A DNA stretch of 59,780 nt from Limisphaerales bacterium (GTDB lineage Bacteria; Verrucomicrobiota; Verrucomicrobiia; Limisphaerales; CAIMTB01): contig JBJXFY010000021.1 of NCBI GenBank assembly GCA_046155815.1, forward strand, positions 1 through 59,780. The letters run 5' to 3'. Under the pieces are notes generated by a model. It searched no databases. It saw only the letters and a list, made by a program, of their open reading frames with translations, and had not been told where the DNA came from. The position numbers and the translations under genes were made by a program. The stretch's first letter is position 1. The number at the start of each line of letters is the position of its first letter. Shown one piece after another: positions 1-8,123 of the stretch.

Positions 1-437
1 ACGATGGCCGCCGGCAGCCCGCGGGCGACCTCGGCGGCGAGCGTCGGGCCGGACAGCGCCACCACCGCGGCGCGCAGCGCGGCGGACTCGATGACGCCGC
101 TCATGGTCAGGCCGCTGGCGAACTCAATGCCCTTGGTCACGCTCACGACGAGGCCGGCATAACCGGCGAGCGCGGCGGCCACTTCCCGCACGCCCCGTGA
201 GGGCACGGCCATGACGACGAGATCCGCGCCGGAGCAGGCGGTGCGGGCGTCCGGCTCCGCGCGCCAGCCCGCGGGCAGCTCCACGCCGGGGAGGTAGCGC
301 GGATTGCGGCGGGTGGCGGCGAGGTCGGCGAGGTCGGCGGGATCGTGGCCCCAGAGGGTGACGGCGTGGCCGTTGCGGTGGAGGAGCAGGGCGAGCGCCG
401 TGCCCCAGGCGCCGGAACCGAGGACGGTGGTGTTCAT
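1..437 (-). CDS. gpsA: NAD(P)H-dependent glycerol-3-phosphate dehydrogenase, N-terminal ~145 aa (3' end outside window)
   Basis: Own minus-strand translation from ATG at 437: MNTTVLGSGAWGTALALLLHRNGHAVTLWGHDP...VTKGIEF...LSGPTLAAEVARGLPAAIV. GxGxxG Rossmann start and GpsA-like motif order. Lies just downstream of plsY. Not in the ORF track because it runs off the window edge. Confidence 0.85.
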   Translation of the reverse strand, partial: MNTTVLGSGAWGTALALLLHRNGHAVTLWGHDPADLADLAATRRNPRYLPGVELPAGWRAEPDARTACSGADLVVMAVPSRGVREVAAALAGYAGLVVSVTKGIEFASGLTMSGVIESAALRAAVVALSGPTLAAEVARGLPAAI

Positions 438-458
438 GCGGGGCAGAAGGGTTTCATG

Positions 459-600
459 GAACAGCGAAGGCGCGGGGAAGTGAAGTTCAGCCGCAAGGCC
501 TGCCAGTTCTGGAAGCCCGTCGGGGATTTTCTCCGCCTTGGTTCTGCCGGGCGGCCTTCATCCGTTTTTTCTCCTGCGCCTCTTCGCGCCTTCGCTGTTC
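459..600. repeat. ~140-nt element bounded by a perfect 16-bp inverted repeat (GAACAGCGAAGGCGCG / CGCGCCTTCGCTGTTC), copy A
   Basis: Arms at 459..474 and 585..600 are exact reverse complements. Located in the ~180-nt plsY-gpsA spacer. A second copy with the same arm motif and nearly the same arm spacing is at 43273..43411. Confidence 0.7.
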
Positions 601-617
601 AACGTGCGTTTCACGGT

Positions 618-1256
618 TCATGCGGGCGGTGGGGCCGCGGGTTTCTGGCCGAGCCGCGGCTCGGTGCCGGCGGAAAGCCGGCGGAGGTTGCCGCGGTGGC
701 GGAAGATCGCCAGCAGTCCCAGCAGCAGCGCCAGGGCGAAGAGCCGCCGGTCCGCCTCGAAGAGCCACGCCGAGACCGGCAGCGACAAGGCGGCGGCCAG
801 CGAGCCGACCGAGACGTAGCGCGTGGCGGCGAGCGCGGCGAAGAACGCCGCGGTGGCGATCAGGCCTGTGACCGGCATGAGGCCGTACAGGACGCCGGCG
901 GAGGTGGCGATGCCCTTGCCGCCCTTGAAGCGCAGCCAGCAGGTGTAGTTGTGGCCCAGCACGGCGCCGACCCCGGCCAGGATGCGCAGGCCCGTGCCGG
1001 GGCCGGGCGCCCCGAGGCCGGCGGTCACGGCGAGCGGGAGCAGCGCGACGGCGGTCCAGCCCTTCAGCGCGTCTAGGGTGAAGACGGCGATGCCGGCCGG
1101 CCTGCCGAGGACGCGCATGGCGTTGGTCGCGCCGATGTTGCCGCTGCCCAGGGTACGCAGGTCCACGCCCTTCAGCCGCGCGGCGAGGTACCCGAACGGG
1201 ACGGACCCGAGCAGGTAGGCCCCCAACGCGGTGAGCAGGTAGGCGAGCGGCGGCAC
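618..1256 (-). CDS. plsY: glycerol-3-phosphate acyltransferase PlsY
   Basis: ORF 618..1358(-). The stretch LGAYLLGSVPFGYLAARLKGVDLRTLGSGNIGATNAMRVLG is the PlsY signature. The track start (TTG at 1358) adds an Arg/Pro-rich extension, whereas the in-frame GTG at 1256 gives a normal ~212-aa protein. Start uncertain. Confidence 0.85.
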   Translation of the reverse strand: MPPLAYLLTALGAYLLGSVPFGYLAARLKGVDLRTLGSGNIGATNAMRVLGRPAGIAVFTLDALKGWTAVALLPLAVTAGLGAPGPGTGLRILAGVGAVLGHNYTCWLRFKGGKGIATSAGVLYGLMPVTGLIATAAFFAALAATRYVSVGSLAAALSLPVSAWLFEADRRLFALALLLGLLAIFRHRGNLRRLSAGTEPRLGQKPAAPPPA

Positions 1257-1354
1257 GGGGCGGAGGTTGGGGGCCGGGAAAACCCGCGGGCAAGGCTGCG
1301 GTGGCGGCGCGGCAGGAGGCTTGAAGCGGAGAACGGCCCCGTGGCACCGACCCT

Positions 1355-2290
1355 TCAATGGATCGGCACCGGCACGACGCGGGCGAAAGCGCGCGGCCCG
1401 TCCGCCGGAAGTCCGAACTCACCAATCGTCCCGCCGGCGCGGACCACCGGCCCGGCCGGCCACCACGGACCCGTGACTTCCGGCGCCGATTCCACCTGAT
1501 AGGTCATCCCGGCCACGGTCGCGTAACTGAAGCGGAGCGTTTCCCCGTCCGGCACGCCCGCCGAGTGAACGCGCAGGCCCGACGCCGGATCCTTCGGATT
1601 GGTCGCGGCGTCGAACTCCGTCCGTTCATCCAGGCCGTCCGCGTCGAAGTCATCGGACCCGTCCCGCGCGAGCGATCCGAAATTGGCCACCTCCCAGTCG
1701 TCATCCAGCCCGTCATCGTCGGCGTCGGGTTCGGCCTCCTGCGCCACGAACACTCCCCGTCCGGCACCGGCCTCGTCCCATGCCTCAAAGGCGAAGCTGC
1801 GGCTGTCCGCCGACCAAGCCCCGTCGGAGGCGACCCGGACCAGCAGCCCGAGGCCGGGGAGGTCGAGCGTGAGCGCCATGGTGCGTCCCAGGCGCAGGGC
1901 GCGGAGGAAAAGGTCCACCCGGCCGTTGGTGTCGTCCGCCACGAGGTTCGCCGCCTCGGTCGCCAGCGCGATGAAACGCCCGTCCGCGCTGACGGCCAAA
2001 TCAGGCGAGTGCCCGTCGGCCGCCTGTCCGGCGGCGTTGGTCGTGACCAGCGTCAACGGACCGTCGGGCAGGGAACGATGCCAGACCTGGAGCGGCCCGA
2101 GCGGCCGGCCGGCCGCCGTGGCGAGGAAAAAGAGGCTGCGGCCGTCGCCCGCCAGCACCGGCGCATGGGTTCCGCCGGCGGGCGTGATGGAGCTGCGTCC
2201 GAAGCGAAAAGGCTCCGCTCCCAGGGCGCAGACACCCAGCATCGGGACGACTGAGAGAATCAGAAGCTGGATGATGCTCCGCGCGGCCAT
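1355..2290 (-). CDS. secreted hypothetical protein (signal peptide, propeller-like region, acidic DxDxDG-type repeats, C-terminal YxVE...W...FxRV module)
   Basis: ORF 1355..2344(-). Internal ATG at 2290 gives MAARSIIQLLILSVVPMLGVCALG, a signal peptide. Contains DADDDGLDDDWE...DDFDADGLDERTEFDAATNPKDPASGL, then ...AGMTYQVESAPEVTGPWW...RAFARVVPVP. Confidence 0.6.
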   Translation of the reverse strand: MAARSIIQLLILSVVPMLGVCALGAEPFRFGRSSITPAGGTHAPVLAGDGRSLFFLATAAGRPLGPLQVWHRSLPDGPLTLVTTNAAGQAADGHSPDLAVSADGRFIALATEAANLVADDTNGRVDLFLRALRLGRTMALTLDLPGLGLLVRVASDGAWSADSRSFAFEAWDEAGAGRGVFVAQEAEPDADDDGLDDDWEVANFGSLARDGSDDFDADGLDERTEFDAATNPKDPASGLRVHSAGVPDGETLRFSYATVAGMTYQVESAPEVTGPWWPAGPVVRAGGTIGEFGLPADGPRAFARVVPVPIH

Positions 2291-2380
2291 GAGGAACGAC
2301 GGGCGAGGCTTCCACCCGTTACCGCGGCCGTCAGCTTGACTCACGCAGGGTCACAACCGAGCCCATCGGCGCCTTCCGTC

Positions 2381-3225
2381 ATGGTCCGCCCGCATTCGCA
2401 GTCACGCCGCGCCTTCACACGGCCTGACGCCGTGGGACTCATGGCCGCGCTGGGCGTGATGGCCCTGCTGGTGACGGGCGCCACGGGCGGACGCGACGGC
2501 CGCCGGGCGGCCTGCCTGGATCATGTGCGCCAACTGGCCATGGCTTCCGTCATGTATGCCGGGGACCACGGCGACACCCTGCCTCATTCGGGCTGGGGCC
2601 TGCGCGGCGCGGACTGCTGGGCGCATGCCGTCCAGGTGAACGGCCAGACCATCCCCTACTTGGTGGGAAAGGACGATCCCACGCCCCAGCTCCCCTACCT
2701 GCGCGCGGGCCAGCTTTGGCCCTACCTCCGCCGTGAGGCCGTTTTCATGTGCCCGCAGGATGTCACGGAGCGTTCCGGCAGCCCTTATTCATCGTGGCGC
2801 CAGCGTGATCTCAAGATCACGAGCTACACCATGAACAGTTCCGTGATCGGCCACGCAGATATTCGGATTGGGGCTGTGCATCAGCTCAGCCGGTTTGCGC
2901 CGGATGCGTTTCTTCTGTGGGGGCGGATGAGACCCGGCCCTTTCTCTTCAATGATGCGGTGAGCTACCCGAGCGAAACCCCTTCTGCCCGGCACGGCCCA
3001 AGCCGGCTCCCGGTATCGAATCAAAACGCCACCAATGACAGCCACGGCTGCCATGTAGGCCGGTTTGACGGCTCCGCCGGTTTCGTCAGCCGCGCCGAGT
3101 TTATTTCCGAGAGCGGAGGAAGCGAACAGGTCGGCAACTCCATCATCAGGATCGTCCCGACGAATCTGCCCAACCGCGCGTGGTGCGCGCCGGACATGCG
3201 GACCGGCGGCTACCCGCGGCCTTGA
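2381..3225 (+). pseudogene. prepilin-like (H-X9-DG type) protein, split by a -1 frameshift in a G-run near 2919..2923
   Basis: ORF 2336..2962 carries a degenerate prepilin leader (RRAFTRPDAVGLMAALGVMALLV) and CLDHVRQLAMASVMYAGDHGDTLP. ORF 2917..3225, in another frame, continues with ADETRPFLFNDAVSYPSE...HGCHVGRFDGSAGFV, the H-X9-DG tail. The two join cleanly as ...FLLWG/ADETRPF... if one G is added to the tgggggc run. Confidence 0.6.
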
Positions 3226-3230
3226 GCGGG

Positions 3231-4244
3231 TCAGTGCGGGCTCTCCGCGTAGTGCTTGCGCAGGAGGTCCACGCCGAAGTCTCCGTCGAAGGAACGCCAC
3301 ACCGCGTGGATGTGGTTGTTGTTGTTCTGCACGTTGTCGTACTCGAGCAGGAAGGTCGCGCCCTGCACGCGGTAGTAGTGCCCCTCGCCGGGCTCGAGGC
3401 CGCCCATCCAGGCAAAGCGGATGTTCTCCGGGCCGCTGTCCATGATCTTCCGCATCTCCGCCTCCGCCATCTCCGGCCGGACGCGACGGAGGTATTCCTC
3501 CACCAGCGCGCGCAGCTGCTCCTTCTGGCCCTCCTCGAGGTCGCCGGCGCGGAGGCCCTTGTCCTCGAGCGGGCCGACCTTCTTCTCCGCGGCGGTGAAG
3601 ATGTCCGCCGGCGCCTTGTCCGCGATCACGGCCACGCGGCGCTGCTCGGGCGTGAGCGACTTCACCAGCGCGCGGGCCAGGTCCTCCTCGGGGCCGAGCG
3701 CGCGCAGGCCCTTGAGCGGGCCGTCCTTCACCGTCGCAGGGTTGGCGCCAAGGAAGGACGGCGTGCCGGCGAGGTGGCCCTTCACGATGCTGAAGTTGAC
3801 GGAGAGATGATGGCCTTCGAGCCGCCAGCCCCAGGTGCCGGCGGGCGCCGGTTCGCCGAAGATGGTGACGTAGTAGCGGGCCGGGTCGCGCAGCGGGCCG
3901 GAGCCTTTCTCGATCTCCTTGAGCACGGTCTCGAGGCTCATGATGGTGCTGGCCTTCACGAGGCCGCGCTGGCCCAGGCCGGTGGCGAGCAGCGCGTGGG
4001 CGAGATGCTGCTGGGCCGGGGTGAGCTCGCCCCAGGCGAGGCCCTTCCGGTCGCGCGGGATGAAGTGCCAGTTCAGCCGCTCCTCGTTCTTGAACTCAAA
4101 GGTCGCCTTGGCGCGTTGCTCGGGCGTGAGCGACGCCAGCCACGCGGTGGCGCCGGCGGCCATCTCGGCGGCGGGTTCGTGGGCGCGCAGCGGCAGGACA
4201 AGCGTGCAGGCGAGGGCGAGGAGGGCCGTGGCAGGCAGGTGCAT
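3231..4244 (-). CDS. DUF3500 family protein (secreted)
   Basis: ORF 3231..4286(-). ATG at 4244 gives the signal peptide MHLPATALLALACTLVLPLRA. Contains LEGHHLSVNF...FLGANP and C-terminal NVQNNNNHIHAVWRSFDGDFGVDLLRKHY, typical of DUF3500. Confidence 0.75.
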   Translation of the reverse strand: MHLPATALLALACTLVLPLRAHEPAAEMAAGATAWLASLTPEQRAKATFEFKNEERLNWHFIPRDRKGLAWGELTPAQQHLAHALLATGLGQRGLVKASTIMSLETVLKEIEKGSGPLRDPARYYVTIFGEPAPAGTWGWRLEGHHLSVNFSIVKGHLAGTPSFLGANPATVKDGPLKGLRALGPEEDLARALVKSLTPEQRRVAVIADKAPADIFTAAEKKVGPLEDKGLRAGDLEEGQKEQLRALVEEYLRRVRPEMAEAEMRKIMDSGPENIRFAWMGGLEPGEGHYYRVQGATFLLEYDNVQNNNNHIHAVWRSFDGDFGVDLLRKHYAESPH

Positions 4245-4301
4245 GGAGGGAGGCTCGCGACAGCCCGGCCTGCGGTGCAATGCCATTTCTCATCTCTTCG
4301 T

Positions 4302-4362
4302 CGTGCTCCTGCCCGTCCTCGTCTGCAACGGACGTTCGAGCACGAGGACGGGGAGGAGCACG
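4302..4362. repeat. 21-bp-stem hairpin (CGTGCTCCTGCCCGTCCTCGT ... ACGAGGACGGGGAGGAGCACG), one mismatch, 19-nt loop
   Basis: Arms at 4302..4322 and 4342..4362 are reverse complements except one position. Located in the divergent spacer between the DUF3500 gene (start 4244) and the ymdB-like gene (start 4441). Confidence 0.7.
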
Positions 4363-4440
4363 GGCATTCAGGTCGCCGGTCCGCGCCCCGCTGGCGACTC
4401 GTTCATTGCCCCGGCCGCGCTTCCTTTTAGGGTGGCCGCG

Positions 4441-5232
4441 GTGAACCTCCTCTTTATCGGTGACATCGTGGGCGCGCCCGGCCGGCGGGCGGTCCGCACG
4501 CTGCTGCCGGCCCTGCGTGCCCGCCACGACCTTCACCTTGTCATCGCCAACGGCGAAAACAGCGCGGGTGGCGCCGGCATCACGCCCGACACCGCGTCCG
4601 AGATTTTCGCGGCCGGCGTGGACATCATCACCACGGGGGACCATCTCTGGGACCAGAAGGAAGTGAGTGAACTCCTGCTCCGGGAGACGCGCTTCCTGCG
4701 CCCGTTGAACTACCCCGCCGGCACCCTGGGCCAGGGCAGCACCGTCTGGCAGCGCGACGGCCTGCCCTCCGTGGGCATCCTGAACGCGCAGGGCCGGACC
4801 TTCATGCCGCCGCTGGACAACCCCTTCACCGTGGCGCCGCCCGAGGTCGAACGCGTGCGCCGGCACACGCCGCTGATCTTCGTGGATTTCCACGCCGAGG
4901 CCACGTCCGAGAAGATCGCCTTCGCGCGCATGCTCGACGGGAAGGTCTCCGCCGTCGTGGGCACGCACACGCACGTGCAGACGGCCGACGAGCAGATCTT
5001 CCCCGGCGGCACCGCGTACCTCACCGACGCCGGCTTCACCGGGCCGCACGAGAGCGTGCTGGGGCGCGAGATTGATCCGGTGGTGCGCAAGTTCCAGACC
5101 TGCGCCCCGGCGAAGTTTGGCATCGCCGCCGGCCGCATCCTGCTCCAGGGCGCGCTCATCCGCGTGGACGACCAGACCGGCCGCGCGCTGGCCATCGAGC
5201 GCGTTTCCGAGCCGCTGCCCGCGCACTCCTGA
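4441..5232 (+). CDS. ymdB: YmdB-like metallophosphoesterase (TIGR00282-type 2',3'-cyclic nucleotide phosphodiesterase family)
   Basis: 3' part of ORF 3919..5232. The in-frame GTG at 4441 gives VNLLFIGDIVGAPGRRAV...VIANGENSAGGAGIT...DIITTGDHLWDQKEV...DFHAEATSEK...GTHTHVQTAD. The upstream part of the ORF shadows the opposite-strand DUF3500 gene. Confidence 0.8.
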   Translation: MNLLFIGDIVGAPGRRAVRTLLPALRARHDLHLVIANGENSAGGAGITPDTASEIFAAGVDIITTGDHLWDQKEVSELLLRETRFLRPLNYPAGTLGQGSTVWQRDGLPSVGILNAQGRTFMPPLDNPFTVAPPEVERVRRHTPLIFVDFHAEATSEKIAFARMLDGKVSAVVGTHTHVQTADEQIFPGGTAYLTDAGFTGPHESVLGREIDPVVRKFQTCAPAKFGIAAGRILLQGALIRVDDQTGRALAIERVSEPLPAHS

Positions 5233-5247
5233 AACGCCGACAACTGG

Positions 5248-5367
5248 AACCGCAGATGACCGCAGAAAAACGCAGATGGGGAGGGGTGGCGAAGGCTCCG
5301 GCACTCAGCCGCTGGCGGCTGCGATCAGCGCTGTTGAATCTGCGTTCATCTGCGTTCATCTGCGGTT
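5248..5367. repeat. imperfect 30-nt inverted repeat (AACCGCAGATGACCGCAGAAAAACGCAGAT ... ATCTGCGTTCATCTGCGTTCATCTGCGGTT) with 60-nt spacer
   Basis: Arms at 5248..5277 and 5338..5367. The right arm contains a direct 10-nt duplication (ATCTGCGTTC x2). Fills the ymdB-xseA spacer. Confidence 0.65.
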
Positions 5368-5400
5368 CTCCTCCTTTCCCCGCGGTTCGCTGCTGAAGCC

Positions 5401-6921
5401 ATGCCGCGCCCGGCCACCAGCCAGTGGGAGTTCGGCGACCTGTTCTCCGGCGCGCGCCCGGCGGAGCCCGCGGCTCCGGCGCCCGCGGCGCGCACCCTGT
5501 TCTCCGTCACGGAGATCACCCGGCAGGTGAAGGGCCTGCTCGAGGGCCGCTTCGGCGACGTATGGATCACGGGCGAGATCACCAACCTCCGCTCCCAGCC
5601 CTCGGGCCATGCCTATTTCACCCTCAAGGACGCCGCCGCGCAGCTCGCCTGCGTGCTCTTCCGCGGCGTCACGGGCGTCGCGCGGGGGCTGCTGCAGGAC
5701 GGCGCCTGCGTGAACCTCGGCGGGGAACTCACCGTGTACGAGGCCCGCGGGCAGTATCAGCTCCTCGTCCGCGCGGTGGAGGCCCGGGGCGAGGGCGCGC
5801 TCATGGCGGCCTTCGAGCGGCTGAAGCGCCGGCTGGAGGCGGAGGGCCTCTTCCGGCCGGAGCGCAAGCGTCCGCTGCCGCGCTTCCCCCGCTGCGTCGG
5901 CCTCGTCACCTCGCCCGCAGGCGCCGCGCTGCGCGACGTGCTTTCCGTCGTCCGCCGCCGTCATCCGGGCCTCGAACTGATCCTCGCCCCTTGCCGCGTC
6001 CAGGGCGCCGGTGCCGCGGAGGAGATCGCGGCGGCCATCCGGCGGCTCAACGCCTACGCTGTGGCGGAGAGGGAAATGGAGGAAGAGGCGCGGACGGGAA
6101 AAGGAGCCGAGGGGCGGTTTGGCGGGGGTTCGATCTCCTTTTCCCCTTCTCCCCTTTTCCCCCGTTCCACGTCCATCCCCGAGGCCATCCTTGTAACCCG
6201 CGGCGGCGGGAGCCTCGAGGACCTGTGGGCCTTCAACGAGGAGACCGTGGCCCGTGCCATCGCGGAGTCGGCCCTCCCGGTCGTCTCGGCCGTGGGGCAC
6301 GAGATTGACTTCACGATCAGCGACTTCACCGCCGACCTGCGCGCCGCCACGCCCAGCGCCGCCGCCGAACTGCTCACCGCCGGCTACGTCGCCGCGCGCG
6401 GGACGCTGGCCGATGACGTGACCCGGTTGCGGCGCGCCATGGCCGGCCGGCTCGCCGCGCTGACCCGGGACGTCGGCGGCCCCACGCAGCGCCTCGAACG
6501 ACGCCATCCGCGCCGCCAGCTTGCCGAACGCGCCCAGCGCCTCGACGAAGCCCGCGAACGCCTCGCCCGCGCCACCGCCGGCGGGCTCCGCGGCCGCCGC
6601 GTGTCGGCCGGCGAATTCGCCCGCCGCCTCGCGCGCCTGCGGCCGGGGCTGCGCCTCGCAAAGCTCCGCGATGAACTCACACGCCGCCTCGGCGAGTTCA
6701 ACCCGCTGGCCGCGCGCGGGGTGGCCGCGCGCCGCGAGCGCCTCGCCGTCGCCGAGGCCCGCCTGCGCCTGCTTTCGCCCGACGCCGTCCTCGCCCGCGG
6801 CTACTCGATTACCCTGGAAGCCGACAGCGGCCGCGTGCTGCGCGACGCGCGGGAAGTACCGGCCGGCTCGAACCTCCGCACCCGCCTCGCCCGCGGAGAG
6901 GTCCGCAGCCGGGCGGAGTGA
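5401..6921 (+). CDS. xseA: exodeoxyribonuclease VII large subunit
   Basis: ORF 5401..6921. Shows the OB-fold start SVTEITRQVKGLLEGRFGDVWITGEITNLRSQPSGHAYFTLKD, then VTRGGGSLEDLWAFNEE...VSAVGHEIDFTISDFTADLRAATPSAAAE. Carries an extra ~40 aa before the RGGGS motif (see the repeat at 6061..6180). Confidence 0.9.
   Translation: MPRPATSQWEFGDLFSGARPAEPAAPAPAARTLFSVTEITRQVKGLLEGRFGDVWITGEITNLRSQPSGHAYFTLKDAAAQLACVLFRGVTGVARGLLQDGACVNLGGELTVYEARGQYQLLVRAVEARGEGALMAAFERLKRRLEAEGLFRPERKRPLPRFPRCVGLVTSPAGAALRDVLSVVRRRHPGLELILAPCRVQGAGAAEEIAAAIRRLNAYAVAEREMEEEARTGKGAEGRFGGGSISFSPSPLFPRSTSIPEAILVTRGGGSLEDLWAFNEETVARAIAESALPVVSAVGHEIDFTISDFTADLRAATPSAAAELLTAGYVAARGTLADDVTRLRRAMAGRLAALTRDVGGPTQRLERRHPRRQLAERAQRLDEARERLARATAGGLRGRRVSAGEFARRLARLRPGLRLAKLRDELTRRLGEFNPLAARGVAARRERLAVAEARLRLLSPDAVLARGYSITLEADSGRVLRDAREVPAGSNLRTRLARGEVRSRAE
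6061..6180. repeat. purine-rich/pyrimidine-rich palindromic insert inside xseA (in frame, ~120 nt)
   Basis: GGGAAAAGGAG (6096..6106) is the exact reverse complement of CTCCTTTTCCC (6135..6145). It is flanked by GAGAGGGAAATGGAGGAAGAGG on the left and CCCCTTCTCCCCTTTTCCCCC on the right. Encodes VAEREMEEEARTGKGAEGRFGGGSISFSPSPLFPRSTSIP, which E. coli XseA (recalled from memory) lacks between the ...ANQRNEC and DVLIVGRGGGS segments. Confidence 0.6.
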
Positions 6922-7017
6922 AGGGGGCGGACTTGGCCTTGGAACTTTCCCCGCCGCCGCCCTAGCTTCCCCGCCCCGGCGGCGCGGCCGACGTTCGTTC
7001 CGCCCCCGAATCTGTGC

Positions 7018-8100
7018 ATGCAAGTCACTGAAAACCTGCGCGTCGTCAACCTGGCGCGGCTGATCACGCCGCGCCTGCTCAAGGACCGCGTCCCGTCCCC
7101 GCCCGCCGCACTGCGGACCGTCATCACCGGCCGCGCCACCGTCGAGCGCATCCTGCGCGGCGACGACCCGCGCCTGCTCGTCGTCGTCGGGCCGTGCTCG
7201 ATCCACGACGTGCGCAGCGCCTGCGAGTACGCCGGGCGCCTCGCCGCGCTGCGCGGCGAGCTCGGCGACCGCCTCGAACTGGTGATGCGCGTTTACTTCG
7301 AGAAGCCCCGGACCATCGTCGGCTGGAAGGGCCTCATCAACGACCCGCACCTCAACGGCTCCTACGACATCGAGACCGGCCTCGGGCGTGCGCGGGAAAT
7401 CCTGCTGCACGCCAACGGGCTGGGCCTGCCCGCCGCCACCGAGTTTCTGGACCCCATCGTGCCGCAGTACATCGCGGACCTGGTGACGTGGGCCGCCATC
7501 GGCGCGCGCACCACGGAGTCTCAGACGCACCGCCAGATGGCCAGTGGCCTCTCGATGCCCGTGGGCTTCAAGAACGGCACGGACGGCAGCCTCCAGATCG
7601 CGCTCGACGCCATGCTCGCCGCGCGGCACCCGCACTGTTTCCTCGGCATTGACGAGGACGGCTTCACCAGCGTGGTCCGCACCGCGGGCAACCCCTGCGG
7701 CCACGTCGTGCTGCGCGGCGGCAAGGCCGGCACGAACTACGACCGGGAAAGCATCGCCGCCGCCGTGGCCGGGCTCGAGGCCGCCCGGCTTCCGCGCGGG
7801 CTGATGGTGGACTGCAGCCACGCGAACTCGGCCAAGCAGCATCTCCGGCAGGAGGAGGTCTGGCATTCGGTCATCGCCCAGCGCGTCGCGGGCAACACCG
7901 CCCTGATCGGCATGATGGTGGAAAGCCACCTCCACGAGGGCAGCCAGCCCGCCGGCGATCCCGCGACGCTCCGCCACGGCGTGTCCATCACCGACGCCTG
8001 CCTCGGCTGGGAGACCACGGAACGGATGCTCCGCCACGCACATCGCGAGCTGGGCGGGAGTGTCGCGGCTGAACCGGCAGTGAAGCTTGTGGCGGCATGA
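7018..8100 (+). CDS. aroG: 3-deoxy-7-phosphoheptulonate (DAHP) synthase, class I
   Basis: ORF 7018..8100. Contains [12 protein letters not shown]...[19 protein letters not shown]...[29 protein letters not shown]...DCSHANS. The isozyme (F/G/H) cannot be assigned. Confidence 0.9.
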   Translation: MQVTENLRVVNLARLITPRLLKDRVPSPPAALRTVITGRATVERILRGDDPRLLVVVGPCSIHDVRSACEYAGRLAALRGELGDRLELVMRVYFEKPRTIVGWKGLINDPHLNGSYDIETGLGRAREILLHANGLGLPAATEFLDPIVPQYIADLVTWAAIGARTTESQTHRQMASGLSMPVGFKNGTDGSLQIALDAMLAARHPHCFLGIDEDGFTSVVRTAGNPCGHVVLRGGKAGTNYDRESIAAAVAGLEAARLPRGLMVDCSHANSAKQHLRQEEVWHSVIAQRVAGNTALIGMMVESHLHEGSQPAGDPATLRHGVSITDACLGWETTERMLRHAHRELGGSVAAEPAVKLVAA

Positions 8101-8123
8101 GAACCGTCGCGCCGGACGGGGTG

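Noticed and set aside
3919-4440. 5' parts of ORFs 3919..5232, 54472..55554 and 55083..56729
   Set aside because: Each upstream portion overlaps a better-supported gene (DUF3500, nirV and SCO respectively) and lacks family motifs. Internal starts at 4441, 54934 and 55620 give full-length family-typical proteins.
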